Source of the DNA: Amphiscolops sp. MND2022
Lineage: Eukaryota
NCBI GenBank assembly: GCA_964187785.1
Contig: OZ076410.1
Span: 67,146,001 to 67,210,000 of the forward strand
DNA: 64,000 nucleotides
Direction: 5' to 3'
The position numbers and the translations under genes are program-made. Numbering within the stretch: the stretch's first letter is position 1; every line of letters starts with the position of its first letter. The notes below the pieces were generated by a model, which was given only the letters and a program-made list of their open reading frames with translations, did no database searches and was not told the origin of the DNA. Positions 12,892-24,800 of the stretch are shown piece after piece.

Positions 12892-13157
12892 GTTATAGGG
12901 TTTCTTTATACTCAGTAACTTGTATTTCTTTTAGATTACAAAGAGGAGAGCAGAGCAAGAATCTATTCATTTACTAGACCATGTGGTGAAATGGTTCACC
13001 GTTTCTTTTGGTGGTCTATGATTCTGCTGGTACTATTGACAATGTTGATAAATATATAAATAGACAACACAGTTTGATAATTGAACATACTATGATTGAC
13101 AGTTGTATATATGTTTCAATTAAAGTTTCTTTTAGTCTTTTTGTCAACCCTGTCACA
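12891..13157 (-). repeat. 5' LTR of the Gypsy element
   Basis: TG...CA termini, followed on the minus strand by the PBS; matches 7780-8046. Confidence 0.97.
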
Positions 13158-13875
13158 GTTTTAAAGCTCGTTCGGCTATACAATCTACCTTCTCTGATCA
13201 GATTACTAGAACAAATATGAGTGATAAGAATTCGTTATTATAATTTAGCTGGTAATGCTCTGATCTCCAACATGATGAACGCATCCCGTAACAATCTTTC
13301 TGGTTAAATTACTCAAGAGGAAAACCATTACTGTACCAACATATTTGTATTTGTGCAATATTAAAATAGATCTCACCAAAATGCAGTTTGTAGTTAAAAT
13401 GCTACTTTAGGAACTTACAAGGTTATACTGGTTTAGTTTCCTCACTTCATTAACAGTAGTAACCAGTCTGAACGTTGAGAAATATTATATTCAAAAGATG
13501 GGCTATCAGATAACCGCATTGCTTGGAGCTGGTTCTGACCAAGAAATAACTCGACGTTTGCATTGATCATTGTTCAACACAATTCTTTCTGTGTCTGGAT
13601 GTAACGATAAAAATACATCTTTTCTTCTTTTCTCTTGATTGAGACAATGTAAAAAAATTACATCATGTGAAAATATCTTCCATGGTAATCAAAGCTGATT
13701 TTTACACTTTACAAGCACCAAAATTGGTACTTAAAATTTTAGGTTACCACTGTAATTACATACAGCTGTGAGTTAATAATGCCGTCTAAGGTTAAAAAGA
13801 CGCTGAGGTTAAATCAGAAAGGCAGCTCGAAAATTGATTGGTCTCCCTAACAGCCAATTGACAGATGACTATATT

Positions 13876-16800
13876 TTACATATGTTCAGGGTGGTTGCCG
13901 ATGGCTGTGAAAAGTTCCTGTGCTGCCATCTCACGGGTGGCCACTTTGTGAATAGCCACAAAAAGGGGGTATTTGTTAAGGGAAGCATCGCCCTTCTCCT
14001 GCAACATTTTGTACACTTTAGCAGCTGTCACGTGACCCTGCAGCTTCTGACCATTCAAGTACTCCTTCTCCAGTTCCTCAAAGCTCTGAAACACAGTTGC
14101 ACGTGACGTCATTCAGAACAGTTCATGCTGATTTTGATTTCCCAACAACCGGTCACAAAGGCTCACCGGATAAAAAATGGTTTCGGTCCAAGAAGTTTTA
14201 TGCCACTAAACGCCCGATCGGCACCGATCATAACTGCGCAAACAAAATTCAGTTCTCAAAATACGATGTAGAGATGTCAGAGGCATAACTTTCAATCTTG
14301 AATGCGAATGCCGACCTCGGTGTCATGGTGAAATGGTTAAGAAAGAAACATTTTCTCTTGGAGTTATGAACAGAATTGGTGAACTCCACGGATATCTCTA
14401 GGAATGAAGTTACAGCGAACAGTACAATAAATGCAATTAAATACATTCGATTGCACTAACCTTTCCAGTTTCAACGAAGAGCTTGCCTAATCTGGTGTGT
14501 CGGCCTCCATAGCAAGTGGTGACCAAGTCGGCAATGCCACAACTCTCGAAAAAGATTTCTCTGTTGGTACAGTTGTAGAACCTGTCAAAACAATCTTTCA
14601 TGACTTTTGGGTAAACAAAACTCATTGCGCATAAACTCACTCCAAAGCAGAGCTAGACTTCGAGATTAAGGGAAACCCGGTCGAACGCGGGAACTGAATG
14701 GTAATGGGCAATAAACTTTTCAAGAAAGATTATCGAAACTTTTCTAGCAGACTATTTGGAAAAAAATAGGCCCCTCCGGACCAAAGAAAATATAACTACT
14801 AAGCGTAGACGAAGTTTCGCATTCGCATTTGAATGCAGGCGAAGCTCTCAACGAACGAATAATTAACACTCATTCGCTTCATCTCAATAACTCGGGGCAA
14901 CGAAAGCACAATTACGAACATTCGCTCGCTTCATCTCAATGACGTCAGCATACGAATGGATAATTACCACTCGCTCGTTCCATCGCACTAGAATTGAATT
15001 GTTGTCGACAGCTTTCCCACGCTTACAGTCACTGCCGAACAAAATATCTGAATTATTCAGTATCACGACAAAAATTGTTCTGAAAAAATAGGCCCCTCCG
15101 GGGCTCAGTACTATTTCTGCTTTAATCTTTATTTTTTTTGAAACAAAAAAAAATCATTATTAAAAGAATCATATCTGGAATACCAATACGCTCTTGTTTA
15201 ATCATTATTTAGGCACAATTACATGTAATCACTGTACAAGTTTACACCGCCTTTAATTCTTCTCGGACTAAAGAAAATATAACTACTAAGCGTAGACGAA
15301 GTTTCGCATTCGTATTTGAATGCAGGCGAAGCTCTCCGAGAACGAATAATTCACACTCATTCGCTTCATCTCAATAACTCGGGGCAACGAAAGCACAATT
15401 ACGAACATTCGCTCGCTTCATCTCAATGACGTCAGCATACGAATGGATAATTACCACTCGCTCGTTCCATCGCACTAGAATTGAATTTAAATCTCTCGCT
15501 TACACTCACTGCCGAACAAAATATCTGAATTATTCAGATCGTCCGAAAAATTGTTCTGAAAAAAAAGTAGACGCTTCCAGATTTCAATAATATTCCTGCA
15601 AAGCAGAAATATTAAAAAAAGTAGTAAGTTTGAGGTTACAATAATATTCCTGCTAAAGCAGAAATATTAACAAGGGAAAATTTAAAGTTTCTCATTTCAG
15701 GAAAGTAAATTTTTAGCCCAAAGCCAAGCGTAAAACACGGTGGTTACTTCGCGCGTCTAGCGATGTCAACTCACTCTTTGGCGAACTCCATCATCTCCAT
15801 GAGACCAAGTCGGATGATGGCGCACTTCGTGTTGTTGCCCATACCCAGTGCATCTATGAAGCCGGCTCCCACACCGATGATGTTCTTGATAGCTCCACAG
15901 ATCTCAACGGCAGTGACGTCATTAACTCGCGAGCAGCGGAAGAAGGGACAGTTGAACAGCTGCTGGAACACCTTGCCGTTCTCTTCCTGAGCAGTGGCTG
16001 AATTCAAGGCAAACATTTTATAATTACAGGTGACTATCAGAGTAGATAGATTGATCTAATTGAAAAGATCCCAGCCATTCTATTCGCCTTCTCCAAAAAT
16101 AGTAATATTGCATAAAAATTACACCCGAAATTCATTAAGATGCGAACAGCTGTTCAAAAATGAGGTAGAACTACCTATTGTGGCTTCAGCGAACTGCTCC
16201 TTGGCAACTTCGGGGGCAAGATTGGCACCCATCAGAGCTCCACATGGGATGCCAAGTGTCCCGTGAATCACATCAGAGATGATGACAAGGCCTTGATCCG
16301 TCAGTTCAAAACCCTGATCAAACAACGAAAAACGATTAGGCAAATACCATTGCTAAATTGTGAAATTCCGGCGACGATAATGGTGAACTTTGTATCATTT
16401 TGCCCATTATCGTGATGATAATTTATATCACCACGAGACGACAATCTGAGAAAAATACTTGAGCTGTTCGTAGTACAGGCTTTTCTGTTGAACATTTGAA
16501 ATGAAACATTTGGAATAAAGTTGTAAAGTAGATTCGATTGACATTCAACAAGGTGCAAAAATAGCAAAACATCAACTCGAAAACCACTTTATCCCCAACT
16601 GCAAGCAATGAAAAATCCATTTTTTTTTCTTTCGGAAAATATCGCAAAGTGCCGAAAACCCTGAAGAGTCCTGTATGCTCGCAAAACGTTTCGTTTCTAG
16701 TAAAATTGACGGGCTTCGATAAAAACAAATTAGAAAAAAGTCGCAAAGAAAAAACACCGGCCTTAAAAAACAAAGTTCGGATATATTGTGCTGGGCCATT

Positions 16801-19800
16801 GAGAAAACCTAATTTCAAGACAAAAAAATAATTTTGAAAAATCTCACAAAGCCGAAAATTGTGGAAGGGACTTTTTGAAAATCCAATTTGTTTTAAAATA
16901 TCAAAAAAGTGAAGGGGGTCCTTTGAAGACATTAAAAACTTTTCAAGAAAGTCTCAGAGTCGAAAGGGGGAGCCTTTAGTCTCGTCCGGTTTTGCAAATG
17001 CACGAAAAAGTTTCTGGCTGAAGTGGGGACTCGAACCAGCGACACCCCCCCCCGAAAGCTAGTGGTAATTACAAGTGACTGCAACAGCTTATAAAGCTTA
17101 TAAAATCTGTCAGTTCGTTGGTACTAAAAAAGTCACTACTATTGTCTGCTCTTTCTACGAAAGCGCCGACTAAACGATAGCTCTTTTGAAATACTTCTGG
17201 AAAATGGCATTGTTTAAACTTGTAAAACATGCCAACTACGGTTGTATATTTTGGCCCAGGGAACTGGACAATAAGTTGTTCCTTTTTCAGCATAACACAA
17301 AACTGGACGAGATTAAAGGACCCCCTTTCAGTTTTTTCGGCATTTCAAAATTTTTTCAACTAAAGGGTCCTTCAATTTTCTTGATGTTTTGCGACAGAAA
17401 TGTTGAATCTCAGAGGGTCCCCCTTTTAACGCGCCAATTCGGTCCAACTTTTGGGTTTTTCGGGTACCAAGTAAGAGAATACTTTGACACTTTAAAAGTC
17501 CTTTCGCTATTTTTGAGCCTTAAATATAGCACCGACTTGGGCCGTTCCCGGCTTGTTAGACTTTGCGATTGGATTTCAAATACTTTACACGTAAAAATTA
17601 TTTGCAAACTTGTTTCATACTGGTGGTACAACTTACATAATCAGACGAATGTAAACTAGACAAAAAACTTTGGAAAGTTTGTGAGAAATTGGTAAAACCT
17701 TTAGGTGTTCCTACCTTAAATATCAAACAGGGTTATATTCTTTTATCACACGACAGTTTCGTGGAGAACAAACAAAATGGGGGACTTCTGCACGAATATC
17801 AAGAACGACACCCGGAATCCAGTGGAAATGCATAACATCATTTTCTTTCGGTTATAGCGTCATCAGTCCAAACCGCCCTAGGTTTATATCCGGATTATAC
17901 TAATAAATAGAATAGTAAAAACCTTGCACAACGAGATAGCGAACGCATCTTTTCGGATGACATCTTTGATGGTCTCGCAGCTTCGCTTCACAAACTGATG
18001 AGGGAGGACAAAAATGAGCACATTGGCATCTTTGACTGCCTCTTTCAAATCTGGAATTGCTTTCTAAACACAAGTATTCATTTATCATCATTATCATTGA
18101 TTGCTGCAGTTATATCTGAAAGAGAACCAAATTCTAGTCACCAGATTTTCAGGAAGCTTGATACCAGGCAAATATTTCGCGTTCTCGTGTTGTGTGTTTA
18201 TGTATTCCGTCAGTTTATGGGATTGTCCGTCAACTTCAATTGACTCTTCGAACACCCAAATTTTCACTTCCTTCTCGAAAAGGTCTGTCTTCTCAGCACA
18301 ATTTCGACCAACAATTTTTGCAATAGCAGAGCCCCTAGAAGAACGAATCAGTGCAATTAAATCGAACAATGGGCCTCAGCACATTTTATATGACCGGAAA
18401 ATGCCGCATTCAAAACGAGATGGTTTTTGCAATTTGAACAACAAATTGACTACAACATGACTTAAAAACATAAGGTGGACTCGCACAGGGGATAACTAGA
18501 TGTATAGTTGAACAAGCCCGGAACGACAAAAGTCGGCGCCATACCGTAGGCTCAAAAATAGCACAAGGACTTCAAAATCTACCCGAAAAATTCTACAGTA
18601 CACGGAAAAACCCAAAAGTTGGACCGAACTGGCGCGCTAAAAGGGGGACCCTTTCACATTAACATCCATTCTGTTGCAAAATATCAAAATAGGCCCCTCC
18701 GGGGCTCAGTACTATTTCTGCTTTAATCTTTATTTTTTTGAAACAAAAAATTCATTAATAAAAGAATCATATCTGGAATACCAATACACTCTTGTTTAAT
18801 CATTATTTAGCGCACAATTACATGTAATCACTGTACAAGTTTACACCGCCTTTAATTCTTCTCGGACTGAAGAAAATATAACTACTAAGCGTAGACGAAG
18901 TTTCGCATTCGCATTTGAATGCAGGCGAAGCTCTTAACGAACGAATAATTAACACTCATTCGCTTCATCTCAATAACTCGGGGCAACGAAAGCACAATTA
19001 CCAACATTCGCTCGCTTCATCTCAATGACGTCAACATACGAATGGATAATTACCACTCGCTCGTTCCATTGCACTAGAATTGAATTGTTGTCGGCAGCTT
19101 GAGAAATTTATTTCCCACGCTTACAGTCACTGCCGAACAAAATATCTGAATTAATCAGTATCGTCCGAAAAATTGTACTGAAAAAAAGTAGAAAGTTTGA
19201 GGTTACAATAATATTCCTGCTAAAGCAGAAATATTAAAACAAGACGGGAACGTCTAAAGTCGGCGCTATATCTAAGGCTCAAAAAAGCGCTAAGTTTTTA
19301 AACTTGTAAAAGGGGGGACCCTTTCAGCTTTTTGAAAATCCAGTCTGTTGCAAAATATCAAAAAAACTGAAGGAGACAATAAAAAAATTCTGAATTTTTT
19401 TTGAAAAAACTTTCGAAAAAACGAAAAATGAGAATTTTGAAACAGTCTCACAGTGCCGAAAACTAGAGAGGGGGGACCCTTTGGGCTTTTTGAAACTTCA
19501 GTTTGCTGCAAAATATCAAAAAACTTGAAGGGGGACCGTTTAGCGACAAGAAAAAAATTTGAAAACTTTTTGAAAAAAATTCAAAAAAACGAAAAATGAG
19601 AATTTTGAAAGTCTCACAGTGCCGAAAAACTAGAAAGGGGGGACCCTTTGGGCTTTTTGAAACTTCAGTTTGCTGCAAAATATCAAAAAACTTGAAGAGG
19701 GGACCGTTTGGCGACAAAAGAAAATTCGAAAAAAAGTCGCACAGTGCCGAAAAAAAATCAATCAACCCTGTAGTCCCGTCCGGTTTTGTATCTTACGTTA

Positions 19801-20423
19801 AAAATTGAGTACACGAAAGGGGGGACCCTTTGCAGTAACTCAGATATGATTCCGCTTGCCGGTGCAGTACTTTTAGTAGTTCTGTAAAAAGTGTCCACTA
19901 CGCATACATTCTGTGGTCTGACGAAAAAAAAAGAAAAAAAAACTTGCCACTGTAATAGTCGGGCTCATTTTCTTCTAAAATGCGCCGACTAAAAATTGAA
20001 GGGGGACTCTTTGGAGACATTAAAACTTTTTTAAAAAAAAAACTCAATGCTAAAAAAACTGAAAGGGGGTCCTTTAGTCCCGCCCGGTATTGCATGTTAC
20101 GCTGAAAAAAAGGAACAACCTTTTCGGTTCAGTTCCCTAGGCCAAATGGTTCAAATAAACACCTTCAATTTTTGTAGAATTATTTTGGTCAGTTCGTGTG
20201 GATTGAAAAAAGTCACTATTATAGTCGCGTTTCACTTCATGGAGCGCCGACTAAAAGTCTAATAGGAATAAAAACACTTATAAATCCACAGGTTTTAGTC
20301 CGTTTTCAAAGGAGCTGTCATCGAGAAGCTTCAAAAAACAATAATTTGTCTATTTGTAAACTAATGATTTCTGCGAAAAACTTACCAGTTGCCACTGCCA
20401 ATTATAGCTACACGGTACACCAT
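13876..20423 (-). CDS. GPD1: Glycerol-3-phosphate dehydrogenase [NAD+], GPD1/GPD1L family; 7 coding exons, 354 aa
   Basis: Coding exons: 20423-20386, 18334-18142, 18063-17923, 16313-16175, 15997-15775, 14581-14461, 14085-13876. All introns are GT-AG and the joined CDS is 1065 nt in frame. Motifs: IIGSGNWGSAIAK (Rossmann), [51 protein letters not shown] and C-terminal NHPEHM. Confidence 0.97.
14760..15670 (-). mobile_element. Helentron-type (DINE-1/HINE-like) family A: one deleted copy (14760-15084) and one full copy (15085-15670) in tandem, in GPD1 intron 5
   Basis: 12-bp sub-terminal inverted repeats TATTTCTGCTTT (15112-15123) and AAAGCAGAAATA (15655-15666); GC hairpin GCCCC-TCC-GGGGC (15092-15104); A/T-run flanks. 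Confidence 0.75.
16570..17557. mobile_element. Two copies of family B repeat (about 16570-17175 and 17305-17557) in GPD1 intron 3
   Basis: End motifs gcgccgactaaa (about 17163-17175) and gcaccgacttgggccgttcccggcttgtt (17529-17557), plus internal ggggacc motifs. Confidence 0.6.
18687..19237 (-). mobile_element. Family A HINE-like copy nested among family B sequence in GPD1 intron 1
   Basis: Same hairpin and subTIR ends as 15085-15670. Flanked by family B pieces at 18513-18686 and 19238-20257. Confidence 0.75.
19238..20257. repeat. Family B repeat(s) with internal tandem sub-repeats in GPD1 intron 1
   Basis: Begins aacaagacgggaacgtctaaagtcggcgc. Near-identical internal blocks recur (gggggaccctttgggctttttgaaacttcagtttgctgcaaaatatc at about 19470 and 19638). 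Ends gcgccgactaaaa at about 19990 and 20255. Confidence 0.65.
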
Positions 20424-21807
20424 CTCAAACTATCTGAAAAATCCAAAATGCAATTTTAGATTGGTATTTTCGAATATCCATAGCTCCGAAAGCGAAATGT
20501 AGTGCCATAGTGATTGGCTGAAAATTAAAATCATTGTTAAAATCGTGTATAGTGCCCTAAATGGACGAGCGAAGCGGAGTGTCATAACTAGCCGAGCGGC
20601 TGATTTTGACGAAGGCCGGCCTGAAGGGGCGGGACGTTATTGATAACCATTATAAACAAATTTTGATAACCATGGCTGATATTCGCCTCAAATGCGGTAT
20701 TTTAAAGGTTTCGTTAATTTGAATTCGGAGCTGTTCTGATCGATTCTCGATTCGGAGCTATGAATAGTCACCACGAACTTGAGAGTAGAAAATAAAAGTG
20801 CTTGAAGAATGGAATAGCCGAGGGACTTCTGAACATAATAAACTCGACTAGAAAAGAACAATACAGTTGACTCAACCGATAAACATTGCTGGCAAATAAT
20901 CGCATTCTAACAAGGACAACCAATCTGAAAACCAACGAATTTGAGACTTATCGGCTAGCCAACAATTCGATACTCTATTATGACAATTGACCTCTTTCGA
21001 CCATCTTCGACACGCTGTTGACGAAAGTTCACGCTGCAGCAACAACTCGTTTCACAAACTGTAAGTCCACGGCATGGTAGACATTTTACACATCTATAAT
21101 TGTACGTTTTCGAGACAAGCGTGCTTATCGAACGCTTTCAATTTAAAATCTCAAGCTTGTTCTTTCAACCAACACAAGAAAGGAACCGAGATTGTTCTCA
21201 TTCATCTCATACGGAGCGTATTCGCAGTGGACAACCAATTCTTCGAGAAAAATTGCAACTGCATTCGACGCGTGTTTAGAATGGCCTGTTAGTATTGATT
21301 ATTAAAACTCGGCATGCTCCGTAATCCGGCAGTCGTCTGCAATTCTGAAAAAAAAAATAAAGCTGGGTTTTCAATGTTAGTTCATTGGAAAATTATTCCA
21401 ACGCGCCCAGTTCCTATCACCAATATGAAAACGCAACTTTCACGGCAACCAGTTACTTACCTAAGTTGCTATATACGAGTCACTTCGGGCGTCTTACGCG
21501 AATACTCTCATTCAAGGTTCGCATAAAAACGGACTTGAAGAGCGACTGGATTATATAACAGCATTCAACGCATATTGCATTGACGTCTTAGTAAAAAAGG
21601 CTCGTTTCAGTGAAAATCCGTGGCACAAACAAAACAGGCACCTGCGGGACACAGTATTATTTCTGCTTTTAGGTGCTATTATGTTCAATAATAGAAGCCT
21701 ATCTGGAATAACTAAACACTTGTTTATTCATTATATAGCGCGCAAATAATCAATGTACCAGTTTACACCGCCTTTGATTCTTCTATCACTAAAGAAAATA
21801 CAACTGC

Positions 21808-24800
21808 TGTCCACGAAGATCCTGGTGTAACTTGGAATCTTTATCCTTTCGGCGGACCAGCTTGGCATTCCCACCAGATAAAAAATGTTTTTTTTTTTCA
21901 GTAAAAAAAGGTTTCAGTGAATTCGGAGAATGAGGGGTAAATGATTATGAAGAAAGTAGCTCCTTTGGCTGACTAACTGCGGCTAAGATTCGGCAAAAAG
22001 CGGGAAACTACCGTCAAGAGAAAGCTCGAAAGCTTTGGAACATGTCATGAAACGTATCAGTTTTTAATTGGCGGAAAAATACATTGCGCCGAAATTCCCA
22101 AATATAATCAATTAAAGGTCAAATATATCAATCAAAACAAGTGCAGATAAATTATCAATCATTTGGCATTATATAGCATTCTTGCTATTTTTGCTAGTTT
22201 CACAAGCTATATGGATGAATTTGGAGCATTTGTGTTTCTATCTGAAAAATTCGTTGTTAAAAAATTTACTATTTGTGACATGCTCAAACATACCACCAGC
22301 CTTGATTCAATTGAATCAACACAAGAAAGCAAAGTGATTAGTTTCAACTAGAATAAAGAATATTTTTGAAAGACGGGTGAGACATGAGAGGGGAAGTTTT
22401 TCGAGTTTGTTGACAGGACGATTGTATTCGCCAGTTGTTGTCCTGACCTTTACAACACGAACAAAATTGTATGACCCACTATACACATACGACACTCGAG
22501 CCAAGGGCCATTTTAAGGGAGCCGCGTTGTCGTCCATGACATATACAAAATCGCCCACCTTGAGATTGGAGCTCTACTTTGTCCATTTAGTTTTTTCCTG
22601 GAGAGTAGATACATACTTTTTTTCCAACGGTTCCAGATGTGACATTAGACATTTTGGATGAGTCCACCGAGCAGTTGCTGAGCAAGGTTCCAGTTTTTAT
22701 CCACTTATCAGATGCCCAGGAGTCAAAATGACCTCATCTTTCGGATCGTCTGCGACTAATCCTATGGGTCTTGAACTTAGCACCTTTTCCACTTGACAAA
22801 AAGGGTGGAGAGCTCTTCAATGCTGCGAACCTTTTTGCCCATTATCCGTTTTAGATGCTGTTTTGCACTCTTAATCCCAGCTTCCCACAAACCCCCAAAA
22901 TGGGGAGGTCGTGGAGGTACAAAGTTCCATTCAATAAGTAGTCCGGCTGATACTGCTTGTATAGTGTTTTCGGTCGTGTCCTTAAGTTTGAGGACTCTGC
23001 AAGGGAGCCTTGAAAATTCGAACCGTTATCTGAATTAATCGTATCGGGGCAAACACTCCTAGACGCGAAACGCCGCAGTGCGGCGATACGTGCTTGAGTT
23101 GTGAGATCAGTGACGATCTCCAGATGCACTGCCTTACTGGCAAAGCACACAAATAGAGCTAAGTATACTTTTGTGAAGTCTTTAGTATCAACTTTACAAA
23201 AATTGGGCCTCCAGAGTCTAATCCAACATGTTGGAATGCCTTGGAGGGAACTTTTATTCTTGACTTAGGCAAATCCCCCAGCAAGGGTTTTTCAGAATTT
23301 GAATTGACTCTACATTGATTGCGACATGCTGGTATCCAATATCGGGCACGAATTTCGGCTATCGTTTGGATACTTCCACCATGCAAACTTTTATGATGGG
23401 CGTCATGAATTACCAATCTTGCTAGTTCAAGAATCTTGCTTTTTTGTGGAACTATTTGAGGGTACATGGCTTCGTCAGGCATTTCAGCATTAGCACATCC
23501 ACCGCCTACATGCATGTCATTATGCAGAAATGGAAACAGTTTAAGGAGTTTGCTTCTTGTTCGCACTGAATTATCCCATTCCAGGGACTCAATTTCTTCT
23601 GAGAATGCCTTCTCAGCTCTTGACGTACAAGAACATCAGTAGCTTTCCTAAGTTCTGCAGCAGTAAGGAAGTAGTTCGATTTCCTGTTTTCGATGAATCG
23701 GGAAACGAAAGCAATTACACGGGTCACCTTCCGAAGCGAACTGTGCTTCGAAAGATCAGTAACATTTCTGGGTGTATCGTTTGATAATTGAACCGTCATC
23801 ACGGTAATGTTTTGAGATTTTTTTCATTTTTGTTCCTTGTGGTTTGAATGGAACAAATGATTCATGAGTTTTGAGCCAATCTGGATCGAACCACCAGATT
23901 GACAAATTTTCAAGCTTGGATGGATCTACCCCTCTGGAGGCTGGATCTGATGGATTTCCACGTGTTCGCACATTATTCTAGATTAAGTTTTTGTGGTCTT
24001 GAACGTCAGTAACTCGATTGGCTACAAAAGTGGCCCGAACGCTTGGCTCAGAAGATAGCCAGTTTAGAACTATAGTGGAATCGGTCCAAGCGTATTGTGT
24101 TTGGATTTTCACACTCATTTTGTTGAGGCTTTCGAGGAATGAATTAACTAGTCGACATCCCAGAAGGGCTGCGCAAAGTTATAGTCTGGGTATTGATTGC
24201 GTTTTTAGAGGTGCGATTCTGGCTTTTGCGGTGAGTAGTCTTACTCCGCCCGCCTAGCTCATCTTGAGCTACCATAAAGATACAAGCAGCGTACCCTATA
24301 TCGGAAGCATCGCAAATTAAATGCAGGAATACGGTATCCGCGTTTTCTGTTCCTTAAAAAAAGCGCTGTAATTTTATCTTGCGAAGCGCATGTAGTTTGA
24401 ATCGCCAATCCATAGACGATTCCAAGAAGTCAGAGGGTAGTTTGTCATCCCAGCCGACATTGGTCTGCCAAATAATTTGCATGATATGCTTTAATTTCAG
24501 CGTGACCGGCAAGAGCCAGCCAAGAGGGTCAAAAATTTTGCAATATCACAAAGGACCTTTCGTTTGGTCATTTGGGCATTGTCGAGCTGTTGATCTAACT
24601 GCTGATTTTTGCAACTGAAGTTATCATGAGAAGCATTCCAGACAAGGCCTAACGTTTTAATGGTATGGTTTGAGTCAAGAAATTCAAATGACTCGTTAGC
24701 TTCTCGATACTCAGGCGGTAGCGAGAGTGTGATCGACTGATCACTGCAAGTCGACTTTGTTCCGCTCCAACGCGCTGATCTAGGAGTAGACAGTCATTCA

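Larger units (their letters stand above)
7780..13157 (-). mobile_element. Full-length Ty3/Gypsy LTR retrotransposon
   Basis: LTRs at 7780-8046 and 12891-13157 (267 bp, no difference seen by eye). 5-bp TSD GTTTT (7775-7779 and 13158-13162). PBS TGGCGCTGCGAGC (12890-12878, tRNA-Ser-like). PPT AAAGAAGGAGGAG next to the 3' LTR. Domain order gag-PR-RT-RH-IN. Confidence 0.98.

Noticed and set aside
7897-13220. Duplicated ORF MVVYDSAGT.. at 7897 and 13008
   Set aside because: Starts inside the identical LTRs and ends in unrelated flanks; a chance frame.
14027-14110. GTCACGTGAC/CACGTG E-box palindromes in GPD1 exon 7 and adjacent intron
   Set aside because: One is explained by coding sequence (GHVT); too short and too few to claim regulation.
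20790-21300. Protein-like fragments upstream of GPD1 (IIVRFRDKRAY..)
   Set aside because: Multiple stops in all frames and no motif I can assign; possibly an old TE relic.
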